A stretch of DNA of 54,937 bases, taken from positions 1 to 54,937 of the forward strand of contig DATHTJ010000046.1 of NCBI GenBank assembly GCA_035463315.1. Direction: 5' to 3'. Below the pieces are notes generated by a model. It did not search any database. It was not told where the DNA came from and worked only from the letters and a program-made list of their open reading frames with translations. This DNA is from Pseudonocardiaceae bacterium (lineage in GTDB: Bacteria; Actinomycetota; Actinomycetes; Mycobacteriales; Pseudonocardiaceae). The position numbers were made by a program, and so were the translations under genes. Positions 51,271 to 54,937 of the stretch are shown here, one piece after another (position 1 is the stretch's first letter; each line of letters opens with the position of its first letter).

Positions 51271-51302
51271 CATCACACCGCCTCCTCATCACACCGCCTC
51301 CG
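51271..51302. repeat. 16-bp tandem duplication in the tRNA-Trp / aminotransferase divergent intergenic region
   Basis: catcacaccgcctcct (51271-51286) and catcacaccgcctccg (51287-51302). On the minus strand each unit reads AGGAGGCGGTGTGATG (SD plus ATG). Confidence 0.8.
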
Positions 51303-51331
51303 CGGGACCACGTGCGTCGGCGGGTGAGAAG

Positions 51332-52564
51332 ATGCTGGGCATGGCAGCCCCCCATCGCACCGGGACCCGACGCATCTCCGCCCGGGTCGGCGGCATCGCC
51401 GAATCAGCCACCCTCGCGGTGGACGCGAAGGCGAAGGCACTCCAGGCCGCCGGTCGTCCGGTGATCGGGTTCGGTGCCGGGGAGCCCGACTTCGCGACGC
51501 CGCCGGAGATCGTGCAAGCAGCCATTGCGGCGTGTGCGGACCCGGCCAACCACCGCTACACACCCGCCGCCGGCTTGCCTGACCTGCGGGAAGCCATCGC
51601 GGCCAAGACCGCCAGAGACTCCGGCTACCGGATCGAGCCCCGCCAGGTGCTCATCACCAACGGTGGCAAGCAGGCCGTGTACCAAGCGTTCGCCACCCTG
51701 GTCGACCCCGGCGACCAAGTGCTGCTCCCCGCGCCCTACTGGACGACCTACCCGGAGGCGATCGCACTGGCCGGCGGCGAGGCGGTGATGGTGCCCACCG
51801 ACGAGCACAGCGGCTACCTGCCCAGCGTCGAGCAGCTGGAGGCCGCCCGCACCGAGCGCACGAAGATCCTGCTGTGGTGCTCCCCGTCGAACCCGTCCGG
51901 AGCGGTGGCACCCCCGGAGCTGGTTGTCGAGGTCGGGCGCTGGGCCGCCGAGCACGACTTGTGGGTGGTCACCGACGAGATCTACGAGCACCTGGTCTAC
52001 GACGGTGCTCAGGCGCGGTCGATGCCGGTCGCGGTGCCCGAGCTCGCGCAGCGCTGCGTAGTGGTCAACGGCGTGGCCAAGACCTACGCGATGACCGGGT
52101 GGCGGGTCGGCTGGCTGATCGGTCCGCCGGATGTGGTGACCGCGGCGGCGAACCTGCAGTCGCACCTGAGCTCGAACGTCTGCAACGTGGCACAGCGGGC
52201 CGCGCTGGCCGCGGTATCCGGGCCACTGGACGCGGTTGCGCGGATGCGCGAGGCCTTCGACCGCAGGCGGCGCACCATCGTCGAGCTGCTCTCCGGCATC
52301 GAAGGAATAACCTGCCCGGTGCCCTACGGCGCGTTCTACGCCTATCCCTCGGTGCAGGGCCTGCTGGGCCGCTCGCTGCGCGACGTCACCATGCGGACCA
52401 GTGTCGAGCTGGCCGCGGCGGTGCTGGAGCACGCCGAGGTGGCCGTGGTGCCCGGCGAGGCATTCGGCACCCCCGGCTACTTCCGCCTCTCCTACGCGCT
52501 GGGCGACGAGGACCTCCGCACTGGACTGACGCGGATGGCCGAGCTGCTGGCCGAGATCCGCTAG
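51332..52564 (+). CDS. Pyridoxal-phosphate-dependent aminotransferase, aspartate aminotransferase-like (class I)
   Basis: [41 protein letters not shown]...[16 protein letters not shown] (PLP lysine context). ATG 51341 is an alternative start. Confidence 0.9.
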   Translation: MLGMAAPHRTGTRRISARVGGIAESATLAVDAKAKALQAAGRPVIGFGAGEPDFATPPEIVQAAIAACADPANHRYTPAAGLPDLREAIAAKTARDSGYRIEPRQVLITNGGKQAVYQAFATLVDPGDQVLLPAPYWTTYPEAIALAGGEAVMVPTDEHSGYLPSVEQLEAARTERTKILLWCSPSNPSGAVAPPELVVEVGRWAAEHDLWVVTDEIYEHLVYDGAQARSMPVAVPELAQRCVVVNGVAKTYAMTGWRVGWLIGPPDVVTAAANLQSHLSSNVCNVAQRAALAAVSGPLDAVARMREAFDRRRRTIVELLSGIEGITCPVPYGAFYAYPSVQGLLGRSLRDVTMRTSVELAAAVLEHAEVAVVPGEAFGTPGYFRLSYALGDEDLRTGLTRMAELLAEIR

Positions 52565-52589
52565 CCCCCAATCCCGAAAGCTGCGGCGC

Positions 52590-53015
52590 TCAGCCCAGCG
52601 CAACGGTGGCGGTGGCCTTGCCGAGCACGGTCTGGCCGGCGGCGCGGGCGGTGATCGCGACCAGGACGGTCCCGTCGTCGCGCCGCTGCGTCACCGTGCC
52701 GGAGAGTTCCACCAGCGCCCCTTCACCGTCATCGGGCACCACGACCGGCCGGGTGAAGCGCACCCCGCACGCCACGACGGCACCCGGGTCGCCCGCCCAA
52801 GCCGTCACCATCCGGTTGGCCAGGGCCATGGTGAGCATCCCGTGCGCGATGACGCCGGGTAGCCCGACCTCCTGAGCTACCCGTTCGTTCCAGTGGATCG
52901 GGTTGAAGTCGCCGGAAGCTCCGGCGTAGCGGACCAGCCCAGCCCGGGTCACCCGGACCTGCAGCCCGGGCAGCTCGTCGCCTTCGACGACCTCGGTGTG
53001 GCGGCGCAGGGTCAC
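52590..53015 (-). CDS. MaoC-like (R)-specific hydratase/dehydratase, HadB-like subunit
   Basis: RYAGASGDFNPIHWNERVAQEVGLPGVIAHGMLTMA hydratase-2 motif. A 4-nt overlap joins it to the upstream paralogue. Confidence 0.88.
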   Translation of the reverse strand: MTLRRHTEVVEGDELPGLQVRVTRAGLVRYAGASGDFNPIHWNERVAQEVGLPGVIAHGMLTMALANRMVTAWAGDPGAVVACGVRFTRPVVVPDDGEGALVELSGTVTQRRDDGTVLVAITARAAGQTVLGKATATVALG

Positions 53016-53488
53016 CGGTCCTGGCCTCCGTCCGGGTCTCGGAGGACCGCGCCTCGGACGACCAGCATGGACCGGGCCGTGGTCACCGGGTCGCCCACGC
53101 CGTCGGTGATCTCACAGCGCACCGTGAGCAGATCGTTGTCCCCCATGGTGCGGACACCGTCAACATGCAAGGTCGCGGCCAGCTCGTCGCCAGCTCGGAT
53201 CGGCCGGTGGTGGGTGAACGACTGGTCGCCGTGTACCACCCGGCTGTAGTCCAGATCCAGGTCGGGGTCGCACACCAACGCCTGCTGCGCTCGCAGGGAC
53301 AGGATGATCGCGAAGGTAGGCGGGGCGATCACATCGGCATAGCCGCAGGCTCGGGCAGCACCCGGATCCCGGTAGACCGCGTCGTCGTCCCCGATGGCCT
53401 CGGCGAACTCCCGGATCTTCTCGCGTCCCACCTGGTAGATACCTGCCGCGGGATAGGACCGTCCGACGAAGGAGGGGTCGAGTGCCAC
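53012..53488 (-). CDS. MaoC-like dehydratase, HadA-like (non-catalytic partner type)
   Basis: MALDPSFVGRSYPAAGIYQVGREKIREFAEAIGDDDAVYRD...VIAPPTFA. Its position after rpmG matches the mycobacterial rpmG-hadA-hadB arrangement. Confidence 0.85.
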   Translation of the reverse strand: MALDPSFVGRSYPAAGIYQVGREKIREFAEAIGDDDAVYRDPGAARACGYADVIAPPTFAIILSLRAQQALVCDPDLDLDYSRVVHGDQSFTHHRPIRAGDELAATLHVDGVRTMGDNDLLTVRCEITDGVGDPVTTARSMLVVRGAVLRDPDGGQDR

Positions 53489-53520
53489 CAGCGCAGGCTA
53501 CCGGGGGCACCCGCCGCGGC

Positions 53521-53685
53521 TCAGCGGGTCTCGCGGTGTGCCCGGTGCTTGTTGCAGTTCGGGCAGTACTTGCGGATGGTGAGCCGGTCGGGATCGTTGC
53601 GCCGGTTCTTCTTGGTGATGTAGTTGCGGTGCTTGCACTCCTCGCACGCCAACGTGATCTTGGGCCGGACGTCGGTGGCGGCCAC
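53521..53685 (-). CDS. rpmG: 50S ribosomal protein L33 (zinc-ribbon form)
   Basis: (V)[56 protein letters not shown] 53685 has GAGAGG 6 nt upstream. The ORF track extends to 53784. Confidence 0.95.
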   Translation of the reverse strand: MAATDVRPKITLACEECKHRNYITKKNRRNDPDRLTIRKYCPNCNKHRAHRETR

Positions 53686-53751
53686 TGGTGCCTCTCTCTC
53701 CGAAGCTGTCATCGACTGCGGTGGTGACCAGCGCGTGGTGCGCCGGGCCGG

Positions 53752-53827
53752 TGGTAGCGGTGGCCGGACTCGAACCGGCGACACAGCGATTATGAGCCGC
53801 TTGCTCTTCCGACTGAGCTACACCGCC
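53752..53827 (-). tRNA. tRNA with a CAT anticodon (elongator Met by default; Ile2/lysidine type cannot be excluded)
   Basis: GGCGGTGTAGCTCAGTCGGAAGAGCAAGCGGCTCATAATCGCTGTGTCGCCGGTTCGAGTCCGGCCACCGCTACCA folds as a cloverleaf by hand. The CCA is encoded. Confidence 0.93.
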
Positions 53828-53903
53828 TGGAGCCCCAATACGGAATCGAACCGTAGACCTTCTCCTTACCATGGAGACGCTCTGCCGTCTGAGCTATTGG
53901 GGC
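53828..53903 (-). tRNA. tRNA-Thr (anticodon GGT)
   Basis: GCCCCAATAGCTCAGACGGCAGAGCGTCTCCATGGTAAGGAGAAGGTCTACGGTTCGATTCCGTATTGGGGCTCCA folds as a cloverleaf by hand. The CCA is encoded and abuts the next tRNA. Confidence 0.95.
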
Positions 53904-53965
53904 CGTCTGAGCTATAAGAGCCGTGTGAGCAACTGGAGCGGTGCTCGAGCGAGCGAGCGACGACG

Positions 53966-53995
53966 ACTCTACACAACCGCGGGGCAGTCCGTGAA
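53966..53995 (-). promoter_or_regulatory. Candidate promoter for the tRNA-Thr / tRNA-Met / rpmG / hadAB-like unit
   Basis: Minus strand: TTCACG (53990-53995), an 18-nt spacer, then TAGAGT (53966-53971), about 60 nt upstream of the tRNA-Thr 5' end. Confidence 0.35.
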
Positions 53996-54009
53996 ACCCG
54001 GCGCAGCGG

Positions 54010-54937
54010 TCACCGGACCAGGGTGCGCACGGTCTCCTCGTGCACTCCGGGGGCGCTGACGGTCCGGGCCGACAACCAGGCGTCGAACCGGCCCGCCTCG
54101 AGCGGCCGGGAGATCAGAAAACCCTGCGCGACATCGCAGCCCATCTCCACCAGCTGGTCCCGGGTGGCATCCTGCTCGACACCCTCCGCGACGACGACCA
54201 ATCCGAGCGAGTGGCCGAGGTCCACGATGGCGCGGACCACCGCGAGGTCGCCGAGGTCACTCGCCAGCCCGAGCACGAAGCTCTTGTCGATCTTGACCTC
54301 GTCCACCGGGAGACACCGCAGGTAGGCCAGCGACGAGTACCCGGTACCGAAGTCATCCACCGCGATGCGGACGCCCAGAGCGTGCAACCCGCGCAGCACC
54401 GGCAGCGCGCGCTCTGGATCACTCATCACCGCCGACTCGGTGAGTTCCAAACCCAGCAGTGCGGGGGGCACCTGGTGGCGCGCCAGGGCGCTGGCCACCC
54501 GGCTGGGAAACGCAGTGTCGGCCAGGTTGCGCACCGAGAGGTTGACTGCCACCGACAGTGACAGCCCGCGGTCCAGCCAGCTACGGCACTGCGCCAGCGA
54601 GCGATCAAGCACATAATCAGTGAGCGGGTCGATCAGACCGGTGGCTTCCACGATGGTGACGAACTCCACCGGGTGGAGCATCCCGAACTCCGGATGGTGC
54701 CAGCGCACCAGCGCCTCCGCCCCGATCACCTGGCGGGTGGCCAGCGCCAGCTGGGGCTGGAAGTGCACGTCGAACTGCCCGGTGTCCAGCGCGTGGCGGA
54801 ACTGCGTGACCAGCTGGAAGTGGCGTAGCAGAAGCTGGCCCATGCTGGGTACGTAGCAGCGGACGGTCTCGTCGGCGGACCGGGCTGCGCGCAAGGCCAT
54901 GTCGGCACGCTGCAATAACGTATCCGCGTCCCGAGCG
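54010..54937 (-). CDS. EAL-domain c-di-GMP phosphodiesterase; 5'-truncated by the window edge and probably a GGDEF-EAL protein
   Basis: EALVRW, ELTES, DDFGTGYSSLAYL and EVKIDKSF motifs. The frame stays open to the window end, and the first residues (ARDADTLLQRADMALRAAR) look like the end of a GGDEF domain. Confidence 0.9.
   Translation of the reverse strand, partial: ARDADTLLQRADMALRAARSADETVRCYVPSMGQLLLRHFQLVTQFRHALDTGQFDVHFQPQLALATRQVIGAEALVRWHHPEFGMLHPVEFVTIVEATGLIDPLTDYVLDRSLAQCRSWLDRGLSLSVAVNLSVRNLADTAFPSRVASALARHQVPPALLGLELTESAVMSDPERALPVLRGLHALGVRIAVDDFGTGYSSLAYLRCLPVDEVKIDKSFVLGLASDLGDLAVVRAIVDLGHSLGLVVVAEGVEQDATRDQLVEMGCDVAQGFLISRPLEAGRFDAWLSARTVSAPGVHEETVRTLVR

Noticed and set aside
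51094-51276. A 59-60-codon minus-strand ORF with a strong AGGAGG SD, ending exactly at the tRNA-Trp 5' end.
   Set aside because: GC3 is only about 60 percent by hand count, far below the neighbouring genes, and the sequence has no family resemblance. It is kept only as part of the tandem-duplication finding.
53947-53967. The short microsatellite (gagc)3(gac)3 upstream of tRNA-Thr.
   Set aside because: It has only three units of each and lies around the predicted transcription start. That is too short to claim phase-variable behaviour.
53752-54009. A possible integrative-element attachment site next to the tRNA genes.
   Set aside because: There is no integrase, excisionase or direct repeat of a tRNA 3' end nearby. 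The flanking genes are conserved housekeeping genes (rpmG) and a GGDEF-EAL gene, and the only duplicated segment is a 5' (D-arm) fragment, not an att-like 3' fragment.

Overview
This is a high-GC actinobacterial (Actinomycetota) chromosomal segment. Most of it is the conserved translation/transcription core, almost all on the minus strand. From right to left the core blocks are: tRNA-Thr, tRNA-Met, rpmG and two MaoC-like (HadA/HadB-like) dehydratase genes; tRNA-Trp, secE, nusG, rplK and rplA; rplJ and rplL; rpoB and rpoC; rpsL, rpsG, fusA and tuf; the complete S10 and spc operons (rpsJ through rplO); then secY, adk and map. Accessory genes sit between these blocks: an aspartate-aminotransferase-like gene, a monoacylglycerol-lipase-like hydrolase, two Mce-associated-like membrane proteins (between rplL and rpoB), and an SDR plus alpha-methylacyl-CoA racemase pair (between rpoC and rpsL). 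Left of map the core ends. That region carries an SDR, a form-II-type coxS-coxL-coxM-coxG molybdoenzyme cluster, an XPB/Ercc3-type helicase, a six-gene conservon-type signalling operon (cvnA-cvnB-cvnC-cvnD plus a second cvnA-cvnB pair), and two uncharacterised plus-strand ORFs at the left edge. The right edge cuts a GGDEF-EAL-type gene. I saw no transposase, integrase, CRISPR array, toxin-antitoxin pair or recognisable defence gene. I could not identify a convincingly new multi-gene system. The best candidates for under-described biology are: (i) the two-sensor, two-Roadblock, one-GTPase conservon variant; (ii) palindromic elements sitting exactly on stop codons, namely two REP-like copies and a 149-bp nested palindrome that appears to extend the racemase ORF; and (iii) the Cys-motif ORF at 205-927. 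All homology statements come from reading the translated ORFs by eye. No database search or folding calculation was run.
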